64,000 bases of DNA from Crocinitomicaceae bacterium (GTDB lineage: Bacteria; Bacteroidota; Bacteroidia; Flavobacteriales_D; Crocinitomicaceae), in assembly GCA_963736585.1 (NCBI GenBank), contig CAVTPI010000007.1, positions 322,568 through 386,567 of the forward strand, given 5' to 3'. Both the position numbers and the translations under genes were made by a program. Positions 17,836-30,660 of the stretch are shown in pieces. Numbering within the stretch: the stretch's first letter is position 1; every line of letters starts with the position of its first letter. The notes beneath the pieces are model-generated. The model saw only the letters and a program-made list of their open reading frames with translations, was not told where the DNA came from and made no database searches.

Positions 17836-19449
17836 ATGAATAATTATGGAAAAAGGGCAGAAAATGCTTCATTAGAACCAATCGGACTTACTCATCTTGG
17901 AAATTGCTTCTGGAATCTTACTCCGGCAGAGCTTGTTGAGGATACCATCATTTTAGGTGAAGGTGTTTTGACAGATACTGGCGCGGTTGCAATTGAAACA
18001 GGTGAATTTACGGGGCGCTCGCCTCAAGATCGATTCATTGTCTGTGATTCAAAAACAGAAGAAGCAGTGTGGTGGGGAGATATTAACAAAAAGTTTGATG
18101 CTGATAAATTTGACGCATTGTACAACCGTATGAAGGCTTATTTGAACGGACGCGATATGTATGTGCGTGATGCCTACGCTTGTGCTGATGACGATTACCG
18201 TTTAAACATTCGCGTGGTAACTGAAAAGCCATGGTCAAACATGTTTGTGCATAACATGTTCTTACGCCCTACTGATGAAGAGGTGACGAACTTTAAGCCG
18301 GAATGGCATGTTGTAAACGCACCAGAGTTTATGGCCGAACCAGAAATTGACGGAACACGCCAACATAACTTTGCTATCATCAACTTTACAAAAAAGATGA
18401 TTATTATTGGTGGTACAGGATATACCGGAGAAATTAAAAAAGGTATTTTTTCTGTGTTGAATTTTGTATTGCCGCATGAAAAAAATGTACTTTCTATGCA
18501 TTGCTCGGCTAATGTTGGAGCAAAAGGAGATACATCTGTTTTCTTTGGTTTATCCGGAACAGGAAAAACAACATTATCATCTGACGAAAACAGACGTTTA
18601 ATTGGAGATGATGAGCACGGTTGGTCAGAAAATGGTGTATTTAACTTTGAAGGAGGTTGTTACGCTAAAACAATTGATTTATCGGCTGAAAAAGAACCAC
18701 AAATTTATGATGCAATTAAGTTTGGAGCTATTTTAGAAAATATTGGCTTTAAAAATGGTTCTGCCACGCCAGATTATTCGAATAGCGATATTACGCAAAA
18801 CACGCGCGTTTCTTACCCTATTCATCATATTGATAATATTATGAAACCTTCCAAAGGTGGCGTGCCAAAAAATATTTTCTTTTTAACGGCAGATGCTTTT
18901 GGTGTTTTACCTCCAATATCTAAACTTACGCCGGGTCAGGCTATGTACCACTTTATTTCTGGTTACACAGCAAAAGTGGCAGGAACTGAGGCTGGCGTTA
19001 CGGAACCACAAACTGTTTTTTCGGCTTGTTTCGGCGCACCTTTTTTACCGTTACACCCAACAAGATATGCAGAAATGCTTGGTAAAAAAATGGCTGAGAA
19101 CAATGTAAATGTTTGGCTTGTAAATACCGGATGGTCCGGTGGCGAATATGGTGTTGGTGCTAGAATTAGCTTAAAATACACCCGTGCTATGATTACTTCT
19201 GCTTTAGAAGGTAAATTAGACAACGTAGACTATTCAACACACGAAATTTTTGGATTAGCTATGCCAAATGAATGTGAAAATGTGCCAAGTGATATTTTAA
19301 ATCCAAAAAACACGTGGGCAGATAAAAACGCATACGACGAAAAAGCAAATAGCCTGGCAAGTAAGTTCATCAATAACTTTGAAAAATTTGAGAGCTCTGC
19401 CAATGAAGATACGTTAGCTGGAGCGCCTAAAGCAAAAGCAAGCGTATAA
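17836..19449 (+). CDS. pckA: Phosphoenolpyruvate carboxykinase (ATP)
   Basis: TGRSP, GLSGTGKTTLS, LIGDDEHGW, NFEGGCYAK motifs. Confidence 0.97.
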   Translation: MNNYGKRAENASLEPIGLTHLGNCFWNLTPAELVEDTIILGEGVLTDTGAVAIETGEFTGRSPQDRFIVCDSKTEEAVWWGDINKKFDADKFDALYNRMKAYLNGRDMYVRDAYACADDDYRLNIRVVTEKPWSNMFVHNMFLRPTDEEVTNFKPEWHVVNAPEFMAEPEIDGTRQHNFAIINFTKKMIIIGGTGYTGEIKKGIFSVLNFVLPHEKNVLSMHCSANVGAKGDTSVFFGLSGTGKTTLSSDENRRLIGDDEHGWSENGVFNFEGGCYAKTIDLSAEKEPQIYDAIKFGAILENIGFKNGSATPDYSNSDITQNTRVSYPIHHIDNIMKPSKGGVPKNIFFLTADAFGVLPPISKLTPGQAMYHFISGYTAKVAGTEAGVTEPQTVFSACFGAPFLPLHPTRYAEMLGKKMAENNVNVWLVNTGWSGGEYGVGARISLKYTRAMITSALEGKLDNVDYSTHEIFGLAMPNECENVPSDILNPKNTWADKNAYDEKANSLASKFINNFEKFESSANEDTLAGAPKAKASV

Positions 19450-19503
19450 TTAACCGCACGACGGTTTTATTTTAAATGCAATTAATCATACAACTCTTCT
19501 CCT

Positions 19504-19890
19504 TTAACGGGGAAGAGTTTTTTTGTATGGGTTCCGGTAAATTTTAACGAGCTGATTTGCATTGTACAGTCGTTTTAACTCAGCCCGCTCATAAATAGCA
19601 AACAAAAGGGTATCAAACTCGTTTGCTAAAATTTGATCGTCAGACGGCACGGCATCCTCAAAATAATACGTGTAGCTGCGCATGTAAACCTGAGTTTTAG
19701 TAAGGCTGTCAATACGCATGGGGGCGTACTTGTTTTCTTCTTGAAAAATATAAACATCATTTCGTTTTGGCGTATTGAGGTAATCCGCAGTTTTACCAGA
19801 CTGCAACAGGTAAATAACCAACCATGCTAACAGCATTATACCGATTACGACAATGGATCGGCCGTTATTTTGTAAAAATTGTTTTAGCAT
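19504..19890 (-). CDS. Hypothetical membrane-anchored protein
   Basis: 128-aa ORF with N-terminal TM helix; same strand as and just downstream of the PP2C gene. Confidence 0.7.
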   Translation of the reverse strand: MLKQFLQNNGRSIVVIGIMLLAWLVIYLLQSGKTADYLNTPKRNDVYIFQEENKYAPMRIDSLTKTQVYMRSYTYYFEDAVPSDDQILANEFDTLLFAIYERAELKRLYNANQLVKIYRNPYKKTLPR

Positions 19891-19911
19891 TTTGCGTGGT
19901 TGAATATTAGC

Positions 19912-21405
19912 CTAAATTCGGATGCCCATTACGCAAATATCGTCCACCTGATCGTACTCCCTTTTCCATTCTCTTAAGGCATTTCGTAGGGTTGTCTTCT
20001 GGGCTGCCATAGGTGCATTGGCATGTGCGTGTATTAATTCTCTAAATGGACGATATTTGAATTTTTTGCCATTTTCACCTCCAAACTGGTCTGCAAATCC
20101 ATCTGTAAATAAATAAATTACATCATTTTTACTGAGTTTGAACGTCCGGGTTTTAAATGGTTTTTTAAATAGATATTTTCCTACCGGCTGCTTACAGGGT
20201 TTACCAATTTCTATCTCATCACTCCCCTTTTTATAAATGTAAATAGGATTATTTGCGCCGGAATATTGCAATTCATTCGTTGTTAAGTCTAATCTACAAA
20301 TAGAAATGTCCATTCCATCACTCATGCCGCCTTCATTTCCTTTACCTAATCGGGCTATAATTGTATCGCGGGCAGAATCTAAAATGTTTCCGGTGTCTCG
20401 CATTTTCATTACATCAACAGACCGATTTAGCGCATTGGCACACAAAATACTCATAATTGCCCCTGGCACACCGTGTCCTGTGCAATCTGCAACGGCAAAA
20501 AACAGGTAATTATCGTGTTTTTCTATCCAATAAAAATCACCCGCAACAATATCTTTCGCCTGGTGAAAAACAAATCCTGTTAACTTATTTTCTTCAATAA
20601 TTTCAATTGGCGGTAACATGGCCGATTGTATTTTAAGGGCATATTTAATGGAGTCCGTTATGTCTCTGTTTTTCGCTTCAATTGTCTTTTTTTGTTCTAA
20701 AAATAGCTGGCGCTGGCGCTCATCTGCATGCAATACTTTACGCGCATACGGCACACAAATTAAGGCCAAACATAAAATTACTGCTAACGAAACCCATACC
20801 TCTTTCATGTATTGCTCGTTTACAAATGTGCTAAATTCAGAAAATTCTATATCTGCCTCTAGCAATGCCACGACATCTCCATTGGCTGAACGAATGGGAT
20901 GAAATGCAGAAATCCACGTACCGTTTTCTGACATGTACATAGGAATTTTTCCACCTTGCTCATATTTCTCCGTCAATACTTTGGGGGACTGTTTGTAATC
21001 GTTTTTTAAGTCTATAAACTCATCCGATCGGACGCCGTAAACAAAACCGTCTTTATTTTCATTATACACCAAGGTGTACATGGGGCTATTTAGTTCATTG
21101 CTTACAACTACTTCATGCAACAAGCGGTTAATTCTTTGATAGGTACTATCTGCTTTTATAATTTCAGGTTCAGTTGAGTTTGAATACCGGTTCATTAAGG
21201 CTTCATGCAGGTCTCCATCCATATTAATTGCCATGGCTGAAACCGCCGCTAGCAATTTATCATATTGCCGTTTTTCTTGTAACGCTAACTCGTTGTAATA
21301 AGAAAAAATAATAAAAAACGTGGTGATGAATAAGATGCTCAAATAGATGATGAACATTATTCGGGTGGCTAAGTTACCAAGTATTCTGTTTATTAAGTTG
21401 CTCAC
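19912..21405 (-). CDS. SpoIIE/PP2C phosphatase with extracytoplasmic Cache-like sensor
   Basis: Two TM helices; VAGDFYW, ADCTGHGVPGA, DGMD, FTDGFADQFGG, QVDD. Confidence 0.9.
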   Translation of the reverse strand: MSNLINRILGNLATRIMFIIYLSILFITTFFIIFSYYNELALQEKRQYDKLLAAVSAMAINMDGDLHEALMNRYSNSTEPEIIKADSTYQRINRLLHEVVVSNELNSPMYTLVYNENKDGFVYGVRSDEFIDLKNDYKQSPKVLTEKYEQGGKIPMYMSENGTWISAFHPIRSANGDVVALLEADIEFSEFSTFVNEQYMKEVWVSLAVILCLALICVPYARKVLHADERQRQLFLEQKKTIEAKNRDITDSIKYALKIQSAMLPPIEIIEENKLTGFVFHQAKDIVAGDFYWIEKHDNYLFFAVADCTGHGVPGAIMSILCANALNRSVDVMKMRDTGNILDSARDTIIARLGKGNEGGMSDGMDISICRLDLTTNELQYSGANNPIYIYKKGSDEIEIGKPCKQPVGKYLFKKPFKTRTFKLSKNDVIYLFTDGFADQFGGENGKKFKYRPFRELIHAHANAPMAAQKTTLRNALREWKREYDQVDDICVMGIRI

Positions 21406-21783
21406 GTATTGGATCGTCCTATTTTACTCTAAGGATAATAAATATACGTAGCTAAAACCATATAGGATGCGCATTTGCTAGATGAAGTTGAATAAAACGT
21501 CCGTTTTTAGCTAACATTTAGACCAGTCCCCTTTTTTCGTCCACGAATTTAATTTTAAATCTGTCGTATTTGCCTGTTTTTAAGATTTTGTGGGGCAAAT
21601 TTGGTGAAGGGTGTAACTAATAACATGGATAACGCTATAAATGAAACTAAAAAACAATTTACACTGCAAGGTTGATTGGTAGAGTTGGATTATGTGTTTA
21701 AGTTCGTTGCAGTAGTGTTTTAGGTTTTAACGTAAGGAGAAAAGTCTTGACCAATTCGAGGGGTTGATGGTTGAGACAGGTAC

Positions 21784-21833
21784 AAAAAAAACGTCCTTTC
21801 TTACCGGGTTAAATCGGCATTAGAAAGGACGTT
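21784..21833 (-). terminator. gyrB intrinsic terminator
   Basis: AACGTCCTTTCT...AGAAAGGACGTT stem followed by a U-run on the - strand. Confidence 0.75.
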
Positions 21834-21858
21834 CCTACGGTTTTTATTGTTATGCTTT

Positions 21859-23823
<1,965 letters not shown>

Positions 23824-23889
23824 TTAAATTAGCAAAACGGTTGCATTAGCCTATTTATGGGGATTTGCAAGCGTTCTTCCTCGAATAAA

Positions 23890-23954
23890 CAAAGATAAAA
23901 AATCATCCATGAAACAGGGGCAGTATTAGCAGCTTTTGCAAGTAGTTTTCAACA
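23890..23954 (-). promoter_or_regulatory. gyrB promoter (-7 TATCTTTG) and upstream DnaA-box-like 12-mer TAGTTTTCAACA
   Basis: caaagata at 23890-97; tagttttcaaca at 23943-54, also found (inverted) upstream of parA. Confidence 0.5.
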
Positions 23955-24017
23955 GGAAATTAACAATAACTTAGCATAAATTACACTGATCGTTTTTACC
24001 CGTGTAAAAATGCTTTT

Positions 24018-25964
24018 TTATTGCTCTATAATTAAGTTCATTTTGCTTAAATCGCTGTAAAATTTAAAGACAGTCATCATGGCTTCTTTTTGATCGATTC
24101 CAAAACTGTATTCTTGAAATTCTTCGCGTTGCTTGTAAATAATTTGGTTGTCATTTACCGTAAGTTCAGAACCGATTACAATACCCGGAAGTTCACTTAA
24201 ATCATCTGATTGAGTAATGGAGTTACCATTTTTAACTTTTACTTTGGTTGGAAAGTTCACAATAATTGTGGTAGACCCCATAAACGGATGCGCAAAAATA
24301 AAATCATGTTCTTTTTTTTCGATATCCTTTGGATTGGTGTAGCTGCCGAACATTCCACCAAGTTTAAAAATAATTTTATCGCCTGCTTTTTCAAAAATGG
24401 GTATATCTAATGAAGTGACTTTGCCTTTTATGATGATGGGGTTTACAAAAGCATCCTCTACCCCTATATTTTGTAAATCGGTTAATTTGTACTTTGAGTT
24501 GTCGTTAAAGAAATTTAACAAGTCGTCTTGCGTATTTTTTTGTTTGTTTTCATTGTAAAGGTAATAGTAAGCCTGATGCTCCCCAGCGTCATAACCTGAA
24601 ATGTATCGTTCAACATAAATTTCAACATCCGTCATGTTTTCATCTACTTCTACTGTAACAATTAAGCTGTCGTCATTTGAACGATAATGTGTAGCAGGTA
24701 GTTTTTTTACTTCATGGTCTAAACTACGGTTTGGATATGTTTTTGACTTGATGTACAATCCGTTATTCGGAATCCATTGATAATCTAAAAAGCCTACGCG
24801 GGTTGAAAAATCTAAGGGCGCAAGGTATTGATCGGTATCTGGAAAATAAAAGAAATAGTTTTGCAAAAAGTAATTTGATTCAATCTCACTGCTAAAGTAC
24901 GTGTCATAGCGGTCAGAAACTAACCCATATTCAAACGGGATGTTAGCCGATTCTAACAGGCGCATAAATAACAATAACGCACCCGAGCCATCACCTCTTC
25001 CTGTTTTAATCATTTCTTTTATAGACATGTCTGGCTCGCCGTAACCAATTAAAAATTCATTTTTCATGTAATTTTCAATTTTTCGGATGTTGTCTATCTC
25101 TTTATTTAGCGGATTTACACCTATGCGTTTATTTAACTTACGCGCCATTTTTTTATCCTTACCGGACATTTGCTTGTTAAAGGCGTAATAAGCATAAACA
25201 AGATAGGCGTTATATGGTGAGTATTCATCCGTTGCATCATCTGCAGAAGCTCCAAGTGAAGCGTCTAACTTCATAATAATATTGTTGTAAGATGAAAACC
25301 GTTCGGACTCCAATGCTGGAATGGTATCCATATACAAACTGTAATGGTGGCGTTGCACAATGGTGTCAATTAATGTAGGTTCTGGCAAGCCGTTATGGGC
25401 TAAAAAGTTGAAGTACGAGTCATTTGGAACGACAAACTGGAAATCAAAATCATAAATGGGAACTTCTCCCTGAAAATAAAACTGATCGCCGTTAAACTCT
25501 GGTTCCATTTTAGTGGTGTATAAAATTTCTAATTCGTCGCCTAGTTCAAGCCCTGTAATGGGGAAATAAAAATACTGTTCATCCTCATCTTCACTGTAAA
25601 ACTCTTCCATTTCAATGTCTACATCTACGAGCTTCTCTTTTTTGATGACACGGGCCTTTGCTTCTTTTACCGCCACAACATCTTCTAATGAAATATAAAT
25701 CTTGTTAAAATCTTCAATAGCAGCATCTGTATTCAGTTTTACACGGTAATGGTAAGTGCGGTATTTGTAAAAACTTTGGTATTGCGGATCGTATTCATAC
25801 TCTACAATTAGGGTGTATTTATTGTAATAATATGTTAAATCCGTTGGCTCACGTTCTATCTGGCTGGTTGTTTCCGGCATTTTATAACTGGCATACATTG
25901 GGTAAAGCTGAGCCAATGCGGTATTTACCACCAATAGGGCTAAAAGTGCAACTGTAAGTTTCAT
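24018..25964 (-). CDS. DUF3857 domain protein with degenerate transglutaminase-like domain
   Basis: Signal peptide; GDELEILY and FYFQGEVPI motifs; no recognisable catalytic Cys/His/Asp. Confidence 0.75.
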   Translation of the reverse strand: MKLTVALLALLVVNTALAQLYPMYASYKMPETTSQIEREPTDLTYYYNKYTLIVEYEYDPQYQSFYKYRTYHYRVKLNTDAAIEDFNKIYISLEDVVAVKEAKARVIKKEKLVDVDIEMEEFYSEDEDEQYFYFPITGLELGDELEILYTTKMEPEFNGDQFYFQGEVPIYDFDFQFVVPNDSYFNFLAHNGLPEPTLIDTIVQRHHYSLYMDTIPALESERFSSYNNIIMKLDASLGASADDATDEYSPYNAYLVYAYYAFNKQMSGKDKKMARKLNKRIGVNPLNKEIDNIRKIENYMKNEFLIGYGEPDMSIKEMIKTGRGDGSGALLLFMRLLESANIPFEYGLVSDRYDTYFSSEIESNYFLQNYFFYFPDTDQYLAPLDFSTRVGFLDYQWIPNNGLYIKSKTYPNRSLDHEVKKLPATHYRSNDDSLIVTVEVDENMTDVEIYVERYISGYDAGEHQAYYYLYNENKQKNTQDDLLNFFNDNSKYKLTDLQNIGVEDAFVNPIIIKGKVTSLDIPIFEKAGDKIIFKLGGMFGSYTNPKDIEKKEHDFIFAHPFMGSTTIIVNFPTKVKVKNGNSITQSDDLSELPGIVIGSELTVNDNQIIYKQREEFQEYSFGIDQKEAMMTVFKFYSDLSKMNLIIEQ

Positions 25965-25973
25965 GAAAGCTGT

Positions 25974-27926
25974 TTAAATTTTTTCAAGTACGATATTTTG
26001 TATCGTTGCTTCGTTAATGAGGTTAGAAAAAGTATTCCAATCGGTGTAAAGGTCCGGGGTTATTTGAAGCAAATGATACCGGTACACCATTTGTACTTTT
26101 AAGGTGTTTTCTGATAAGGCAAACGTTCCGTTAAAGTCAAAGAGGTCATGTTTATGGTTTACATTTTCGGGTAAAAATTTAAGTTTATACCCTTCTGGAA
26201 TTTGAAATTCGTAACTGTAATTTACGGTGCGGTGATGTTTTTTGTAACGTGGCGCTGTATAGTCCTCATCATTGTATTTTGATACGCGGGGCTTAAACAG
26301 TGTGGGGTTAATAATGAGTTCGTCTTCATCTTTAATAAAAAGATTATCTACTGCAAAATCATAATTAATAATTAACGCTTCGTTTTTGTTGGTTAAGTTG
26401 GCTATGTCGTATTCCTTAAGGACATAACGGTTTGCTCCGCCAAGTGCCATGTCATAAATGTAATCTTTAAGGTCTTTATTATCTAAATTGCTCATGTAAT
26501 AAGTTCTGCTTACACGCTCATATCCTCCATAAATATCCGTTCCAGATCCGCGCAATGAATCATCTTCATCTAAATAATAACGAATGACGCTTTGTACATA
26601 ATTCTTTTCAGCATCTACCGCAGGTACTGGAAACAGCACATAGTCATCTTGCCCTTTATGAATTAACAATTCTTTTTCTTGAATAGATGATGGCGGCAAT
26701 AAATAACTTCCTTCTGATCCGGTAGCATCTAAATAATAAAAACCTCCTGCAGGGTTTTCAACCACACAAATCACATGGTTACAGGCCATAGGTGTTGGAA
26801 TTTCGCTCATTTGGTATGGAATATCGCGTGTACCTACCCATGCTACATAGGCCCCTTCAACATTGGCAAAGCTTAACATTTCAACAAGTAAATTGCCCAT
26901 ATCCTTACAATCACCATAACGGTTATTCATTACTTTGCTACACGAACGTGGAACGTATCCGTTAATCCCATCTTCAAACGCTATGTATTTTATATTGGCT
27001 TGTACCCAGTTAAAAATGGTGTCTATTTTTTCCTCTTCGGTGGTCATTCCTTCTGTAATTTTCTCAACCACCTGTTCCATTTCTTCGTTGTCTTTTTCTT
27101 CTCCCTTAAGTAACAGTAGTTTTTGAAAAAACGCGTGTAGTTCATCTGCTGAACCTATAATTGCTTCAGTTTCATTCTTTTTTTGATAACTATTTATTTG
27201 GGCAATAATATGCGGTAAATAGTATTTTGAATTTACAGAACCAGCTTCACTTTTATAAGGTGGTAAATCGTTCAATATCCATTTTTCTTCAATTTTACCA
27301 TCTTCTTCAACCGTTGATCTTACAGCATTGTGTTTTTTTAAATTGCGCTCATAAAATGAGATTTTCGTTCCTTGCGGATAGGTTACAGAAAGGCTGGCCA
27401 GTTCCACCGGATAACCCGATATAAAATGAAAACTATCAAAAAATTCGGGTTGTTTTACTCTTTTTTTATATGAAATGATGGACCGAAACCCCTCACCTAA
27501 TTCGGGTAAATCAAACCTTAATTCTTTATCATCATCATGAAAAACCCAACTACTTGGTGCAGAGTCTACAATTTTAAAGGCATCTTTTTTTACTTTATTC
27601 TTTTTACCTCTTTCATCATAAACAACGGCATTTACTTCAACAATGTCCTCAAAAAAATCTGAGGTATAAATGCTTTGATCGGTATAAAACTTAGCGGTGG
27701 GCGATAAGTACAGAATTTCTTCTGTGTCAGTAATGTAAATCACCAATTCACCGGTTGTTTTGCTTACCTCTAGTGTCACAATTTGTTTGTGATTTAAAAC
27801 AACTGCGTTTTGTTTAGGGTATTTTTTTTGATACGTGCTTAACTCATCCGTATCATACCCATACGCCGTGTTAAATTGCCCAATAGTACATAGGCTCAGA
27901 CAGAATAAAAATAAAAATTTTGACAT
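25974..27926 (-). CDS. DUF3857 plus transglutaminase-like cysteine protease (likely start ATG 27926)
   Basis: WVQANIKYIAFEDG, YGDCKD (Cys), NHVI (His), YLDAT (Asp); signal peptide MSKFLFLFCLSL. Confidence 0.88.
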   Translation of the reverse strand: MSKFLFLFCLSLCTIGQFNTAYGYDTDELSTYQKKYPKQNAVVLNHKQIVTLEVSKTTGELVIYITDTEEILYLSPTAKFYTDQSIYTSDFFEDIVEVNAVVYDERGKKNKVKKDAFKIVDSAPSSWVFHDDDKELRFDLPELGEGFRSIISYKKRVKQPEFFDSFHFISGYPVELASLSVTYPQGTKISFYERNLKKHNAVRSTVEEDGKIEEKWILNDLPPYKSEAGSVNSKYYLPHIIAQINSYQKKNETEAIIGSADELHAFFQKLLLLKGEEKDNEEMEQVVEKITEGMTTEEEKIDTIFNWVQANIKYIAFEDGINGYVPRSCSKVMNNRYGDCKDMGNLLVEMLSFANVEGAYVAWVGTRDIPYQMSEIPTPMACNHVICVVENPAGGFYYLDATGSEGSYLLPPSSIQEKELLIHKGQDDYVLFPVPAVDAEKNYVQSVIRYYLDEDDSLRGSGTDIYGGYERVSRTYYMSNLDNKDLKDYIYDMALGGANRYVLKEYDIANLTNKNEALIINYDFAVDNLFIKDEDELIINPTLFKPRVSKYNDEDYTAPRYKKHHRTVNYSYEFQIPEGYKLKFLPENVNHKHDLFDFNGTFALSENTLKVQMVYRYHLLQITPDLYTDWNTFSNLINEATIQNIVLEKI

Positions 27927-28177
27927 ATTAAAAAGCGCGGTAGGAGCGCGAAATAGGTTTCTAAGTTTCAAATCATAAATATACGCAATATTGCGCTATT
28001 CTCAACGTGTAATTTTCTGATTTTCTCAACAACCAAAACGGTTTTTAATTGTTAAGGATAAGTGAGAGTAAATCAGGCGGTTTGGTTTCATCCAAATCAA
28101 TTGAATTGCCGATTTTAACCGATTGAATTGAATTTTTAATACAATTAGCATTATTTTTACGCAAAATTTTAAACACT

Positions 28178-29242
28178 ATGAGCACTACTTTTCATACGCT
28201 ACGTATTCAAGAAATTAACAAAGAAACAACCGATACGGTTTCAATTACATTTGATGTACCGGCAAGTTTGTCGGGTGTTTTTAAGTATGAAGCAGGACAG
28301 TATTTAACATTAAAAACAACGTTAAAGGGAGAGGAAGTTAGACGTTCATACTCTATTTGTTCTGCCCCGCACGAAAGTGCTTTGACGGTTTCTGTTAAAG
28401 AAATTGAAAAAGGTGTTTTTTCATCTTATGCCAATCGAGATTTAAAGGCGAATGACATGATGGAAGTGATGCCGCCAATGGGCAATTTTAAAGTAGTGCC
28501 ACAAAGCGGTGCGGGTAAAACGTATGTTTTTTATGCTGCAGGCTCTGGTATTACGCCTGTCATTTCTATGATTAAAACCATTTTAAATGAGGATGCAACA
28601 AGCAAAGTACAGTTGTTTTACGGTAACAAAGACGAAGCGAGCACCATTTTTAAAGCTGCTTTAGATAAAATGGTTGCTGGAAATGACAATTTTGCATTGA
28701 CGTATGTTTACAGCCGTCAAGAAAGTGGTGACCCATTGACGAATGGTAGAATTGACGAAGGTAAGTGTGGTTCTTTTATGGCGTCTCATCATGCCGATTT
28801 ATCGGTAGATGGTGTTTATGCTTGTGGACCGGAAGAAATGATTATGATCGTAAAGGAGTTTTATTTGGAAAAAGGCTTACCGAAAGAGAAAATTCATTTC
28901 GAACTGTTTACTGTTAGTATTCCTAAAGAAAATGTTTCGGTTGAGAGCGGCGCGCCTATTCAAAGCGAGGTAACTGTTATTATTGATGATGAAGAGTTTG
29001 CTTTTTCATTAAAATCAGACGGAAAAGATATTTTACAAGCTGCACAAGACGAAGATGCTGATGTACCTTTCTCGTGTAAAGGTGGTGTTTGCTGCACCTG
29101 TCGTGCAAAGGTATTAGAAGGTACTGTGCGTATGGATTTAAACTTTGCATTGGAGGAAGATGAAGTTGAAAATGGCTTTATTTTAACCTGTCAATCGCAC
29201 CCTACTTCAGAAAAAGTAGTGGTTTCGTTTGACGAATACTAG
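28178..29242 (+). CDS. Ferredoxin-NAD(P) reductase with C-terminal 2Fe-2S domain (PaaE-like)
   Basis: RRSYSICS, AAGSGITP, ACGPEEM, FSCKGGVCCTC...LTCQ. Confidence 0.88.
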   Translation: MSTTFHTLRIQEINKETTDTVSITFDVPASLSGVFKYEAGQYLTLKTTLKGEEVRRSYSICSAPHESALTVSVKEIEKGVFSSYANRDLKANDMMEVMPPMGNFKVVPQSGAGKTYVFYAAGSGITPVISMIKTILNEDATSKVQLFYGNKDEASTIFKAALDKMVAGNDNFALTYVYSRQESGDPLTNGRIDEGKCGSFMASHHADLSVDGVYACGPEEMIMIVKEFYLEKGLPKEKIHFELFTVSIPKENVSVESGAPIQSEVTVIIDDEEFAFSLKSDGKDILQAAQDEDADVPFSCKGGVCCTCRAKVLEGTVRMDLNFALEEDEVENGFILTCQSHPTSEKVVVSFDEY

Positions 29243-29264
29243 CACAAATTTATTTTTCTGTTTT

Positions 29265-29290
29265 TGGTGGGCTTTCGCCCATCATTTTTG
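29265..29290 (+). terminator. Intrinsic terminator
   Basis: TGGTGGGC-TTTC-GCCCATCA followed by TTTTT. Confidence 0.7.
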
Positions 29291-29322
29291 TAATTTGTGT
29301 TGATCTGTTTTAAAAATCAACT

Positions 29323-30012
29323 ATGAAAAATATTGTACTTATTGGCGGTAGCCGTGGTATTGGGCACGAACTAGCCCTGCAACTGAGTGAAGAACATAAG
29401 GTATTGGTTATTTCACGCAATTTGCAAGCGTTGGAAAAACTGCAAAAAAAAGCAAACCCATCACATTTAATGATTGCGGTTGGTGATTTAACCGCTCCCA
29501 ACTTAAAAGACTATTTAACAACGCTAATCTCCACTTACTTTGACCGTGTAGACCTGTTAATTAACAATGCCGGATATTTGGTAAATAAACCATTTTTGGA
29601 GTTAACTGAGGCGGATATTCAACACTCGTTTACTACAAATGTTTTTGGTTTAATGCAAAGTTGCCAAAGTATTGTGCCCTTTATGAAAGATGGCGGACAC
29701 ATTGTTAATATTGGCTCAATGGGTGGTTTTCAGGGTAGTTCTAAGTTTCCGGGGTTGAGCGTTTACAGTGCGACTAAAGCTGCTGTGGCTGGTTTTTCAG
29801 AATGCCTGGCTGAGGAATTGAAGGATAAAAAAATAGCGGTGAACTGTCTTGCATTGGGTGCGGCACAAACAGAAATGCTGGAGGAGGCATTTCCCGGTTA
29901 TCAAGCGCCGGTTAATGCAACTGAAATGGCGCGTTTTATTGGTGACTTTGGTTTAAAAGCACATCTATGGATTAATGGTAAAGTGATTCCTGTTTCATTA
30001 TCTACTCCTTAA
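29323..30012 (+). CDS. Short-chain dehydrogenase/reductase
   Basis: GGSRGIG, NNAG, YSATK. Confidence 0.93.
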   Translation: MKNIVLIGGSRGIGHELALQLSEEHKVLVISRNLQALEKLQKKANPSHLMIAVGDLTAPNLKDYLTTLISTYFDRVDLLINNAGYLVNKPFLELTEADIQHSFTTNVFGLMQSCQSIVPFMKDGGHIVNIGSMGGFQGSSKFPGLSVYSATKAAVAGFSECLAEELKDKKIAVNCLALGAAQTEMLEEAFPGYQAPVNATEMARFIGDFGLKAHLWINGKVIPVSLSTP

Positions 30013-30018
30013 TTAGCA

Positions 30019-30660
30019 ATGAAAGTTTTAGCAGTAAATATTGGGGAGCGAAAATTAGTTAAATGGCGAGGTAAAGCTATTGAAACGGGTATTTTTAAAT
30101 ATCCGGTGGATCATCCCATTCATTTGGAAAATGAAGATGTAGTGGGTGATAGCGTGGTGGACAGGCGTTACCATGGCGGCATTGAAAAGGCGTGCTACAT
30201 TTATTCGGCAGACCACTACCCGCTTTGGAAGGAAAAATATCCAGAATTGGATTGGAACTGCGGCATGTTTGGCGAAAACATTACCGTAAAAGGAATGCAA
30301 GAACGCCAAATACAAATTGGTGATATATATGAAATTGGAGAATGCCGCGTGCAGGTTACCCAACCGCGCGAACCGTGTTTTAAACTAGGTATTCGGTTTG
30401 GAACACAAAAGGTTTTGAAAGATTTTATTGCACTTGGTTTGCCCGGTGTTTATGTCAAAATAATAGAAAGTGGGCTTGTAAATGTAGGAGATGAAATGCG
30501 CTTATCGGAACGGCTGCATAACGCAATAGGGGTAAATGAAGTTTGGGAACTGATGTACAACAAAACACCAGACATGGAAGAACTAGAATTTGCGGTTGAT
30601 TTTCAGCATTTGGGCGAAAGTTTTAAATCGGGTTTACGTAAACGACTCGCTAAAGGTTAA
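30019..30660 (+). CDS. MOSC domain protein (YiiM-like)
   Basis: HGGIEKA, FGENIT, QPREPCFKL. Confidence 0.9.
   Translation: MKVLAVNIGERKLVKWRGKAIETGIFKYPVDHPIHLENEDVVGDSVVDRRYHGGIEKACYIYSADHYPLWKEKYPELDWNCGMFGENITVKGMQERQIQIGDIYEIGECRVQVTQPREPCFKLGIRFGTQKVLKDFIALGLPGVYVKIIESGLVNVGDEMRLSERLHNAIGVNEVWELMYNKTPDMEELEFAVDFQHLGESFKSGLRKRLAKG

Noticed and set aside
28178-29242. Phenylacetate catabolic operon
   Set aside because: The PaaE-like reductase stands alone, with no paaABCD in the window.
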